Made by a program: the position numbers and the translations under genes. Shown piece by piece: positions 33,096 through 42,080 of a DNA stretch of 64,000 nucleotides. The notes under the pieces were generated by a model. It saw nothing but the letters and a program-made list of their open reading frames with translations. It was not told where the DNA came from and ran no database searches. The first letter of the stretch is position 1. Each line of letters starts with the position of its first letter. This DNA comes from Betaproteobacteria bacterium (GTDB lineage Bacteria; Pseudomonadota; Gammaproteobacteria; Burkholderiales; Gallionellaceae), in assembly GCA_021413765.1 (NCBI GenBank), contig JAIOPT010000096.1, positions 6,723 to 70,722 of the forward strand, in the 5' to 3' direction.

Positions 33096-33461
33096 ATGGC
33101 AGAAAAAATCAATTGGAATTTTGTGGTGCAGGCACTCAACGGCCCGTCCGTCTCGGGGGCAGGAACTCTGGATGTGGAAGCCTACGACAAGATCAATGTG
33201 ACGATCATTGCCGGTGCGACCCAGCAGGTTAATATGGTGCCAAGCGGGACTGTCTCGCTGCTCGTCATTAATCCAGCCGTACAGAACGTTGATCTTAGTT
33301 ATAAGGTTGGTGCCAAGGTAGTCGCGCTGGATGGTCCGCATGTGTTGATCGGTGCAGGTGCAGTAAGCCTGCTTGGTGGCGCGGCGAATCTTTCCTTTAC
33401 CAATAACACCAGCTCCGATGCGACCATCGAGATACTGCTTGGACGCGACGCTACGCCGTAA
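33096..33461 (+). CDS. hypothetical beta-rich protein, first gene of eCIS operon
   Basis: 121 aa, GGAGG RBS, co-oriented with the sheath gene. Confidence 0.8.
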   Translation: MAEKINWNFVVQALNGPSVSGAGTLDVEAYDKINVTIIAGATQQVNMVPSGTVSLLVINPAVQNVDLSYKVGAKVVALDGPHVLIGAGAVSLLGGAANLSFTNNTSSDATIEILLGRDATP

Positions 33462-33504
33462 ATCCGTACCGTAAACATAACCATTACTTTAAAGGAGGAG
33501 CAAC

Positions 33505-35088
33505 ATGCCGGTTACCTTATCCTACCCTGGCGTCTATATTGAAGAAGTGTCCAGTGGCGTGCGCACTGTTACCGGTGTGGCTACCTCTATCACTGCTTTT
33601 GTCGGGCGCGCTCTGCGCGGCCCGGTGAATGATCCGGTGCGCGTGCAAAGTTTTGGCGAGTTTGAGCGGCGCTTCGGCGGGCTATGGCGCGACAGCACCT
33701 TGAGTTACTCGCTACAGCAGTTCTTCCAGAATGGCGGCACCGATGCTCTTATTGTGCGCGTCCATAATGGCGCGACCGCCGCCACCCTCACCTTGGCGGT
33801 AGGCTTCAACCTGATTGCTGCCAATCCCGGCAAGTGGGGCGAGAAGCTGCGGGCGCGCATCGATTACAACACTCGTCCTCATCTCCCTACCGACCCTGCT
33901 AACAGCTTGTTCAATCTCTCGGTGCGCGACACCGGTACCGGTGCGACCGAGCGCTTCTTGAACCTTTCCACCGATCCCAATAACGCGCGCTTCGTTACGC
34001 GGGTGCTCGAACAGGAATCCAACCTGGTGCGGATCGTCACACCACCCGGCACGGTACCTGCGCTGCGTCCGACCGCACACGGCAATCCGCCCCCCGGTGC
34101 CGATCCGTTGCTGGACAATGCCTCCTCCACCGCGTTCACGGCGACTGGCAATGAAGGGGCAGCCATCACCGACAACCAGATATCACTGGCCTCTCTGGAA
34201 GCTGCCAAACAAGGGATGTGGGCACTGCAGAAGGCAGATTTGTTTAACTTGTTATGCATTCCACCGCTGACGCGTGAACCAGGTGGCGACGTGAATTCTC
34301 AAACGCGCAGCGCCGCCGCTGCTTATTGCCTTGCGCGACGCGCCATGTATATCGTCGACCCTCTAATGGCGTGGGACGAACCTTCTGATCTTACCGGCGC
34401 CAGCGGTCTGGACAGCGTCAGTTGGGGCTTGGCTCGCAGCGCAAATGCGGCACTGTATTTTCCCTATCTGCGCCAGCCTGATCCTTTGCAGGAAAACCGC
34501 TTGGCTGACTTTGCCCCTTGCGGTGCGGTGGCCGGAATCATGGCGCGCACCGACGGCCAGCGTGGCGTGTGGAAAGCCCCTGCCGGGAACGATGCCACCC
34601 TTAACGGCGTGGTCGAACTCACGGTAAAACTCACCGATGGTGAAAATGGCCAACTCAATCCACTGGCAGTCAATTGCCTGCGCGCCTTCCCGGTTACTGG
34701 CCGCCTTGTTTGGGGGGCTCGCACCTTGCGCGGCGCGGACCAACTCGCCTCGGAATGGAAATACCTTCCGGTGCGCCGCACGGCGCTGTTCCTCGAGGAA
34801 AGCCTGTTCCGAGGTTCGCAATGGGTTGTGTTCGAACCGAACGATGAACCGCTGTGGGCACAGATACGCCTCAATCTCGGCGCATTCATGCAGAATCTAT
34901 TCCGTCAAGGTGCCTTCCAGGGCCGCAGCCCGCGCGAGGCATACTTTGTTAAATGCGACAGGGAAACCACCACCCAGAATGACATTGATCTGGGAATCGT
35001 CAATATCGTGGTGGGCTTTGCGCCGCTCAAACCCGCCGAATTCGTGGTGATCAAGCTGCAGCAGATCGCCGGCCAAATTCAATCCTGA
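33505..35088 (+). CDS. contractile tail sheath protein (Afp2/3/4-like)
   Basis: YPGVYIEE, RGVWKAPAG, WGARTL, WVVFEPND, FAPLKPAEF. Confidence 0.96.
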   Translation: MPVTLSYPGVYIEEVSSGVRTVTGVATSITAFVGRALRGPVNDPVRVQSFGEFERRFGGLWRDSTLSYSLQQFFQNGGTDALIVRVHNGATAATLTLAVGFNLIAANPGKWGEKLRARIDYNTRPHLPTDPANSLFNLSVRDTGTGATERFLNLSTDPNNARFVTRVLEQESNLVRIVTPPGTVPALRPTAHGNPPPGADPLLDNASSTAFTATGNEGAAITDNQISLASLEAAKQGMWALQKADLFNLLCIPPLTREPGGDVNSQTRSAAAAYCLARRAMYIVDPLMAWDEPSDLTGASGLDSVSWGLARSANAALYFPYLRQPDPLQENRLADFAPCGAVAGIMARTDGQRGVWKAPAGNDATLNGVVELTVKLTDGENGQLNPLAVNCLRAFPVTGRLVWGARTLRGADQLASEWKYLPVRRTALFLEESLFRGSQWVVFEPNDEPLWAQIRLNLGAFMQNLFRQGAFQGRSPREAYFVKCDRETTTQNDIDLGIVNIVVGFAPLKPAEFVVIKLQQIAGQIQS

Positions 35089-35110
35089 CCCTGATAATTA
35101 GGAGACATCC

Positions 35111-35635
35111 ATGGCAATATTTACCGTCAATGCACAGCGTTTTGATCCTTACAAAAATTTCAAATTCCGCGTTAAATGGGATGGTCGCTATGTCGCGGGC
35201 ATCTCCAAGGTTGGCGCACTCAAACGCAGTACTGAGCCGGTTGAACACCGGGAGGGAGGCGATCCATCAACTTCACGCAAATCGCCCGGCCGCACCAAAT
35301 TCGAGGCAATTACGCTGGATCGTGGCGTCACCCATGACACCGAATTTGAAAAATGGGCCAACAAGGTTTGGAATTACGGCTCTGGTTTGGGTGCCGAGGT
35401 CTCGCTGAAGGATTTCCGCAAGGACCTCATCATCGAGGTCTATAACGAGGCAGGCCAGCTTGCGCTTGCGTACAAGGTGTATCGTTGCTGGGTGTCAGAA
35501 TACCAGGCCTTGCCTGATCTCGACGCCAATGCCAACGCGGTGGCCATCCAGCACCTCAAGCTGGAAAACGAGGGCTGGGAACGCGACTACGATGTAACCG
35601 AGCCTAGCGAACCCAGCTTTACTGAACCAGCCTGA
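35111..35635 (+). CDS. tail tube protein (T4 gp19/Afp1-like)
   Basis: DPYKNFKFRV, HREGG, ITLDRG, LENEGW. Confidence 0.93.
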   Translation: MAIFTVNAQRFDPYKNFKFRVKWDGRYVAGISKVGALKRSTEPVEHREGGDPSTSRKSPGRTKFEAITLDRGVTHDTEFEKWANKVWNYGSGLGAEVSLKDFRKDLIIEVYNEAGQLALAYKVYRCWVSEYQALPDLDANANAVAIQHLKLENEGWERDYDVTEPSEPSFTEPA

Positions 35636-36372
35636 TGCACATGCAAGTTCCTGGCGAAGCGGAGATACTCTCGTTATGGGAGCGCGGCCTCGCGAGGCAT
35701 CCGATTGACCGAGCATTGTTGCTTTACGCTTGGGCTCGACCGGATTTACCGTCGTCTAGTTTTCCAGACCTGCCGTTGGGAACCATCAACAGGGCGCTAT
35801 TACGTCTGCGCGAAACGTGCTTCGGACCGCGCATTATTGCCTGCATTGATTGCAAGCATTGCAGCACACGTATGGAAGTCGCCCTCGATACCGGGCAACT
35901 ACTTGCTGCTACCAACGAGGACGAGACGAGCAGCGATTTCAAAGTTTCACCAGCCGAGTTTGAAGTCTCTAATCTTCGCTTCCGCGTACCGTGCAGCCGC
36001 GATCTCGCGGCGGTTAGCGGAGAAAGGGATATCAATGCGGCGGCAGTGAAGCTACTGGAAAGATGCTGCCTTGACCGTCCGGAGAAAATGGATGAAGGTT
36101 TTGCAAATATGCTTTCAGAGGTCGAAGCAGCTATGGAGGATCTTGATCCTGCAGCCGAGATAAACCTATCCCTTAGCTGTGAAGATTGTGGCCACAGTTG
36201 GTTAGCGGACTTCAATATCGGCACGTTGTTGTGGGATGAAATCGATGTGCGTGCCCGAGCCTTGCTTGCCGAAGTTCATAGCCTTGCCCAGGCATATGGC
36301 TGGACTGAACCGGAAATATTCGCGCTCTCTCCGCAACGGCGTGCAGCTTATCTCGACATGGTGGGCGTATGA
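35635..36372 (+). CDS. eCIS-associated baseplate/tail assembly protein with two CxxC motifs
   Basis: CKHC and CEDC; C-terminal EVHSLAQAYGWTEPEIFALSPQRR typical of tail-assembly-chaperone-like modules. Confidence 0.7.
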   Translation: MHMQVPGEAEILSLWERGLARHPIDRALLLYAWARPDLPSSSFPDLPLGTINRALLRLRETCFGPRIIACIDCKHCSTRMEVALDTGQLLAATNEDETSSDFKVSPAEFEVSNLRFRVPCSRDLAAVSGERDINAAAVKLLERCCLDRPEKMDEGFANMLSEVEAAMEDLDPAAEINLSLSCEDCGHSWLADFNIGTLLWDEIDVRARALLAEVHSLAQAYGWTEPEIFALSPQRRAAYLDMVGV

Positions 36373-37103
36373 ATGGGTTTTTGCATCGGCTTGCCGCGCA
36401 GGCCATGGGCGGCACAAATACTCTGCGGTCCTTAGCGCGCATGCCTTATGCCCCCCATTTTTCACCGGTAAGCAGGGTAGAGCCGGACAGGCAAGTTGCT
36501 ACGTTGGATATTGCTGATAATGAGCAGCAGCATCTTGGCAGCAATGGTGCGGCACGGGATTTCATGCCCAGCCAAGAACAGCATCATGTCAACGCCCATT
36601 CGGAAATCGGCGCACAGCCTCGCGACAATGAAGTTGCACCGTCGTCACCTGAAATATTAGTTGCTCAATCTGACACTGGATTGCAAATAAAGCCGGATCG
36701 CCCCAGCGGTTTTTTCTCATCGGCTAAAGCGGTGTTGCGGCAATCAAATATAGAAAAAACGGTTGCGGGCGAACCCCCAGTTTTGGCTGAGGGAATTGAA
36801 ATGCGTGTCCCGGGGAATGATTCTGCAACTCTCATCGATAGTAATTATCCTTCGCCACTTTTGCCGTTAAAAAATGCCGATCGTCCTTCGGCTTTGAATG
36901 TGAGTGCGGCAGCGCAACGTGGCGAACACGGCGGCTCCGGTCGGCTGGGTCAGGTCGATGAAATCACCGAAGTGCATGTGAGCATAGGCCGCATCGAAGT
37001 CACTGCCGTGCATGAGTCGCCGCCGCCAAAACGTCAGGCTCCGACGCCAGCCAAGCCTTTGTCGCTCGATGAATATCTTGCTCGCCGAGGGAGAGGAACA
37101 TGA
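36369..37103 (+). CDS. low-complexity hypothetical eCIS protein
   Basis: Translationally coupled; disordered middle, ends VHVSIGRIEV...LSLDEYL. Confidence 0.75.
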   Translation: MNGFLHRLAAQAMGGTNTLRSLARMPYAPHFSPVSRVEPDRQVATLDIADNEQQHLGSNGAARDFMPSQEQHHVNAHSEIGAQPRDNEVAPSSPEILVAQSDTGLQIKPDRPSGFFSSAKAVLRQSNIEKTVAGEPPVLAEGIEMRVPGNDSATLIDSNYPSPLLPLKNADRPSALNVSAAAQRGEHGGSGRLGQVDEITEVHVSIGRIEVTAVHESPPPKRQAPTPAKPLSLDEYLARRGRGT

Positions 37104-38440
37104 GCAGCGCTCTCGCCATCGCCGGGGTAACCGCCGTGTTGCGCGATCTGCTCAATGATGGGATGATCAACCACGATGCAACAGGCATTCTCGGTGCTAC
37201 GGTCTCGGTAAGTGCTGGGCCGCCTGACCGGGTGATACCGGCAAACGGTGGCACTGAGTCCTCCCAGCTCAATCTATTCATGTACCACGTTACGCCCAAC
37301 GTTGGCTGGCGCAACGAAAGATTTCCTTCGCTCGACGCCTCCGGTAACCAGCGATTATCCAACGCACCGCTTGCCCTTAACCTGCATTACTTGCTTTCTG
37401 CTCACGGTAGTGTAGACCTGCACGGCGAAATTTTGCTCGGTTATGCCATGCAGCTTCTGCACGAAACACCAATACTCAGTCGCAAAGCTATTCGTAAGGC
37501 ACTCGATCCATCGCCTCCGATAGGTGGTACGTCACTTCCGCCCGCACTTAAAGCCTTGGCGGGTTCTGGACTTGAAAAACAGATCGAGCTGATCAAAATT
37601 ACACCGGAATATCTCAGTACCGAAGAAATGTCCAAACTCTGGACTGCCACGCAAAGTCATTTGCGTCCAACCGCAGCTTACATGGCCAGCGTGGTGTTAA
37701 TAGAATCGACCCAATCAGTTCGTTCATCCTTGCCGGTGCTGACGCGCGGGCCCGTTGTAAAACCAGACCCGCTTAATGTAGATACTTGGTACGAAAGTGG
37801 CATCACTGCTGTGGCTGGGCTTACCCCTCCTTATCCGTTACTCGCGGGCATAGAGTTGCCCAATAAGCAGGTGGCCGCGCGGCTCGGCGACGTCATCAAA
37901 CTGCAAGGCTATAACCTCAGCGGAACAAATCTTGTCGTGCGTTTCGCGCATCCCAGCCTGACGATACCGATTGATATCGCTTTCGGTACTAATGCGAACG
38001 AAGAAAGTTTTTCAGTGATCTTGCCTAATACCGCTCAGGACAACATCGATTGGCCTGCCGGTATATGGGAGGTGACTACACTTGTGCAACGCCCCGGCGA
38101 GACCGAAATTCGCAGTAGTAATTCGCTTGCGCTGTTCCTGGCGCCGCGCATCGACGTAGCGAGTACCAGTGCCACAAGCGACTCATCCGGTGTAACCATC
38201 AATCTGGTCTTCGCTCCGCAAGCCCGGCCTGGTCAACGAATAAGCCTAAATGCAGGCGGATATGAGGCGTCGCCAGAGAAATTTACCGCTTCGACAGCCA
38301 GCCTTCAATTCAAGTATGCGCAATTGCCTGCGGGGAACCACCTGCTGCGCTTGCGCGTAGATGGTGCTGATAGCTTGCTGGTAAACCGGCTTACAATGCC
38401 GCCGCAATTTGACAGCACACAAGTGTTAACTGTGCCATGA
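37100..38440 (+). CDS. DUF4255 / Pvc16-Afp16-like tail cap (terminator) with C-terminal Ig-like extension
   Basis: AIAGVTAVL, LNLFMYHVTPN..WRN, LNLHYLLSA, EEMSKLW. Confidence 0.88.
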   Translation: MSSALAIAGVTAVLRDLLNDGMINHDATGILGATVSVSAGPPDRVIPANGGTESSQLNLFMYHVTPNVGWRNERFPSLDASGNQRLSNAPLALNLHYLLSAHGSVDLHGEILLGYAMQLLHETPILSRKAIRKALDPSPPIGGTSLPPALKALAGSGLEKQIELIKITPEYLSTEEMSKLWTATQSHLRPTAAYMASVVLIESTQSVRSSLPVLTRGPVVKPDPLNVDTWYESGITAVAGLTPPYPLLAGIELPNKQVAARLGDVIKLQGYNLSGTNLVVRFAHPSLTIPIDIAFGTNANEESFSVILPNTAQDNIDWPAGIWEVTTLVQRPGETEIRSSNSLALFLAPRIDVASTSATSDSSGVTINLVFAPQARPGQRISLNAGGYEASPEKFTASTASLQFKYAQLPAGNHLLRLRVDGADSLLVNRLTMPPQFDSTQVLTVP

Positions 38441-40368
38441 ACGCCCCCGACCCACGCCACGATTGGACCGATGCAAATCAACGCCTGATGGTGGCTGAGC
38501 TCGCACGCATCAAGGCGTGCCTGGTTGGTGAAGACCAGGAATCGGCGATGACTACAGCAGCCGAAATTCGTGCGGTATTGTCGGCACAGTCAGCCATTGA
38601 TCGCCTGGTGGATTGCTTCGGTCTCAGCACTTACGAGCGAGACGTTCTCCTGCTTTGCGCAGGCGTGGAGATGGACGCAAAATTTGCCTCGCTGTGCGCC
38701 ACTGCGCAAAGCAACCCCCAACGATCTTATGCGACATTCAGTTTGGCGCTGGCGACGCTGGAAGAACCGCATTGGAGTGCGCTTAGTCCGATACGCCCCC
38801 TGCGCCGGTGGCGCCTGATTGAGGTTACCGAAGAAGCCAGTTTGGCGAATGCGCGCTTACGCATAGACGAACGGGTGCTGCACTTCTTGGCCGGGGTCAA
38901 TTACCTCGACACCCGCTTGGAACCCCTGCTGCAAAACAGCGGTGTGGCAGAGACGATGGCGGATATCCAACGCGAAACTGCTCAAGAGATATTGGAGGCA
39001 TTGCATGAGCGCAATGCTCCTGTTCCAGTCATACAGCTGCTGGGGGATGATCGCGACGGTCAGGCAGATATCGCCGCCAGTGTCGCAGCCGAACGCTTCG
39101 GAATGCAACTCCATATCCTGCATGCGGAAGACATACCAGCGGGAGTGCAGGAACGTAATGCCTTCGCCGTGCTGTGGCAGCGGGAATCCGCGCTGCTATC
39201 CAGCGCTTTGCTGATTGAATGCCGTGATCAGGCAAATGCAGCTGCAGTCACTCGGCTCGCCGAAAATTTAAGTGGCTTGTTGTTTGTTTCCAGCCGCGAC
39301 TCGCTGGAGCTGCAACGCAGCACCCTGCGCTTCACTGTGAACAAACCGGGCGCTATGGATCAGAGAAGCTTGTGGCAACAGGCATTGGGTTCAGCGGCGC
39401 AGAAGCTTAATGGTTCGTTGGATGGGGTTGCGTCCCAGTACAGATTGAGCGCACAAGCTATCCTGAGTACCGGAGCCGAAATCAGTAGCGCTATCAGCGC
39501 AAGTGATAATCCGGACGAACTGCTGTGGCGAGCATGCCGCACTTTGGGGCGACGGCAGCTGGATGATTTGGCGCAGCGTGTTGAGCCGGCCTCCCGCTGG
39601 GAAGATCTGATCCTGCCGGAACATCAGAAAGTGATCCTGAGCCAGGTCGCCAGCCATGTGCGCAACCGGCTCAAGGTTTGCGACGAATGGGGCTTTGCCC
39701 GCAAGAGTGCTCGCGGCATGGGCCTCAGCACCCTGTTCGCCGGCGAAAGCGGAACCGGCAAAACCATGGCCGCCGAAGTGCTGGCCAACGAGCTGCACCT
39801 CGATCTTTACCGCATAGATCTATCCTCAGTGGTCAGCAAATACATCGGTGAGACGGAAAAGAACCTGCGCAAGGTTTTTGACGCCGCCGAGGACAGCGGC
39901 GCAATCCTGCTGTTCGACGAGGCCGATGCCCTGTTTGGCAAGCGCAGCGAAGTGAAAGATAGCCATGACCGCCATGCCAACATCGAGGTGAGTTATTTGT
40001 TGCAACGCATGGAGGCTTATACCGGCCTAGCGATTTTGACCACCAACCTGAAGACGTCTCTGGATACAGCCTTCCAGCGGCGTTTGCGTTTCGTTGTGCA
40101 ATTTACATTTCCCGATACCGAACAACGCGAGGCCATCTGGCGCAGTGTATTCCCCGGCGCCACACCGACCCATGGCCTGGACTACCGCAAGCTGGCGCAG
40201 CTCCAGGTTGCAGGCGGAAACATCCGCAACATCGCCCTTAATGCCGCATTCCTGGCCGCCGATGCAGGCGAGGCTGTCGGCATGGTACATCTGCTGCGTG
40301 CCGCCCATAGCGAGGGTTCAAAGCGCGAGCGCCCTTTGACCGACGCAGAAACGCGGGGGTGGGTATGA
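38437..40368 (+). CDS. eCIS AAA+ ATPase (Afp15-like)
   Basis: GESGTGKT, VVSKYIGETEKNL, LFDEADALFGKR, YLLQRME. Confidence 0.93.
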   Translation: MNAPDPRHDWTDANQRLMVAELARIKACLVGEDQESAMTTAAEIRAVLSAQSAIDRLVDCFGLSTYERDVLLLCAGVEMDAKFASLCATAQSNPQRSYATFSLALATLEEPHWSALSPIRPLRRWRLIEVTEEASLANARLRIDERVLHFLAGVNYLDTRLEPLLQNSGVAETMADIQRETAQEILEALHERNAPVPVIQLLGDDRDGQADIAASVAAERFGMQLHILHAEDIPAGVQERNAFAVLWQRESALLSSALLIECRDQANAAAVTRLAENLSGLLFVSSRDSLELQRSTLRFTVNKPGAMDQRSLWQQALGSAAQKLNGSLDGVASQYRLSAQAILSTGAEISSAISASDNPDELLWRACRTLGRRQLDDLAQRVEPASRWEDLILPEHQKVILSQVASHVRNRLKVCDEWGFARKSARGMGLSTLFAGESGTGKTMAAEVLANELHLDLYRIDLSSVVSKYIGETEKNLRKVFDAAEDSGAILLFDEADALFGKRSEVKDSHDRHANIEVSYLLQRMEAYTGLAILTTNLKTSLDTAFQRRLRFVVQFTFPDTEQREAIWRSVFPGATPTHGLDYRKLAQLQVAGGNIRNIALNAAFLAADAGEAVGMVHLLRAAHSEGSKRERPLTDAETRGWV

Positions 40369-40619
40369 AACGCATCGTCCTGCACATCGACAGTTTGGTA
40401 TTGAAAGGTTTCCGGCACGAAGACCGACATGGTATCGCCGAGGGCCTGCAACAGGAATTGACCCGGATGTTCGCCGATCCACAGGCCGCTCAACAGTTGA
40501 CGTCGAATGGTGATGTGTCGCGGCTGCGAGTTGGTAGCGTGCAAATTGGCCAAGGCGCAAGGCCGCAGCGCGTCGGTTTGCAAGTAGCGCAGGGAATCGG
40601 CAAGGGGATGAAGACATGA
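40365..40619 (+). CDS. small hypothetical eCIS protein
   Basis: MKRIVLHIDSLVLKG; ATGA overlaps on both sides. Confidence 0.75.
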   Translation: MKRIVLHIDSLVLKGFRHEDRHGIAEGLQQELTRMFADPQAAQQLTSNGDVSRLRVGSVQIGQGARPQRVGLQVAQGIGKGMKT

Positions 40620-41929
40620 GCACTTTCGCATCGCAGCAAAACGCCACCGACAAGCCTCAGTTCTTAAGAAGTTCGCCTAATGTCGGGTTGTTGCAGCGCA
40701 AATGCGCTTGTGGTGGGTACGCAGCATCATCATTAACGGGTGAATGTGAGGGATGCAATAGCAAACGATTGCAAACCAAACTCAGCATAGGCGCCAGCAA
40801 CGACCCGCTGGAGCAGGAAGCGGATCGGGTCGCAGATCAAGTATTGGCAGCACCTATTGATTCCGCAGTAAGCGGAGCGGCGCCGAGCATACAGCGATTC
40901 ACTGGGCAATCAACAGGCGATGCAGGAACTGCACCCGCCAGCGTAGACCGTGTGCTATCTGGTTCCGGCAGGCCGCTTGATCCGGCAATACAGCAAGACA
41001 TGGGGCAGCGCTTTGGTCATGATTTTTCGCAGGTGAGGGTGCATACCGACTCTGCCGCTGAGCAATCGGCCATGGATGTCGGCGCACATGCTTACACGGT
41101 AGGTCACAACATCGTGTTTGGAGCAGGCGGATTCGCGCCAGGGTCGCCCGAGGGGCGAAAACTGATTGCCCATGAGTTAACGCATGTGGTGCAGCAAACC
41201 GATTCGTCAGAACCATCACCCACCGTTGCTACGGGCAAGAATCGCACGCTATCAAGATATCGCGACAAAGGGAAGGACTCTATCGCTTTTGACGCAGCCA
41301 ACGAAACCCTCAAGGATCCAAAGACCCAACCATGGATCGACAATATCACCATTGCTTTTGATAAGGCCGCCGTCGATACCGGACATGCGGCAGACGCGAA
41401 AGCTGCAGGACAACTGGAACCACGTATGCCCACTGGGACGTTGACCGCCAAATATAGTACGAAATCGAGCAAGGTTCTGTCCGATATTGTGCAGCCAATA
41501 GCCGGTGGTTCCACGATGCTGGGCATTGGCTTGACCGATCGGGTGAAGGCCTCCAAGGTTAAGCGACTGGAGGGGTTGGGTTATATGGATTCCGAGAATG
41601 TTCGTCTCGGTAACCTGAAAGATCCTGTCGCAAAAACTGGTAAGGGCGCGCGCTATTCAAAAAGTGGCGCTGGCAGTATGAACTTCGCGATCTTTTTCAA
41701 AGGTATTCAGGCAATTCACGAAGGATTGTTGAATACCGGGTCGCATGCATGCGTGCACGTCGGCAACCAGTCCAAGATTCGCGATCTTAATTACCACTCA
41801 CGGATAGGCATAACCACGGTAACGGTTACTTACGACAGTGCAGTACTGGGTGACCTATGCTGCCATCGGAAGAAAACCGGCAATGCCAGCTGGAATACAA
41901 ATCCCTGCGAAAAAACCAAATGCCCTTAA
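40616..41929 (+). CDS. DUF4157 protein with C-terminal L,D-transpeptidase (YkuD)-like domain; candidate effector
   Basis: FGHDFSQVRVH, AYTVG, AHELTHVVQQ; C-terminal MNFAIFF..AIHEG...SHACVHV. Confidence 0.8.
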   Translation: MSTFASQQNATDKPQFLRSSPNVGLLQRKCACGGYAASSLTGECEGCNSKRLQTKLSIGASNDPLEQEADRVADQVLAAPIDSAVSGAAPSIQRFTGQSTGDAGTAPASVDRVLSGSGRPLDPAIQQDMGQRFGHDFSQVRVHTDSAAEQSAMDVGAHAYTVGHNIVFGAGGFAPGSPEGRKLIAHELTHVVQQTDSSEPSPTVATGKNRTLSRYRDKGKDSIAFDAANETLKDPKTQPWIDNITIAFDKAAVDTGHAADAKAAGQLEPRMPTGTLTAKYSTKSSKVLSDIVQPIAGGSTMLGIGLTDRVKASKVKRLEGLGYMDSENVRLGNLKDPVAKTGKGARYSKSGAGSMNFAIFFKGIQAIHEGLLNTGSHACVHVGNQSKIRDLNYHSRIGITTVTVTYDSAVLGDLCCHRKKTGNASWNTNPCEKTKCP

Positions 41930-42080
41930 CCAATGATTAACAATCAACAATTACAGGTGGTCAGCAATCAATGGGGATCAGACTCGATTGATAGTGAACA
42001 TTGGAACGAGGGAGAGCTTATGTTAGCTGCGCAGAAAAAAAATAATCAAGTAAAAACCCTGACAAGCAGGAAATAAAGTA

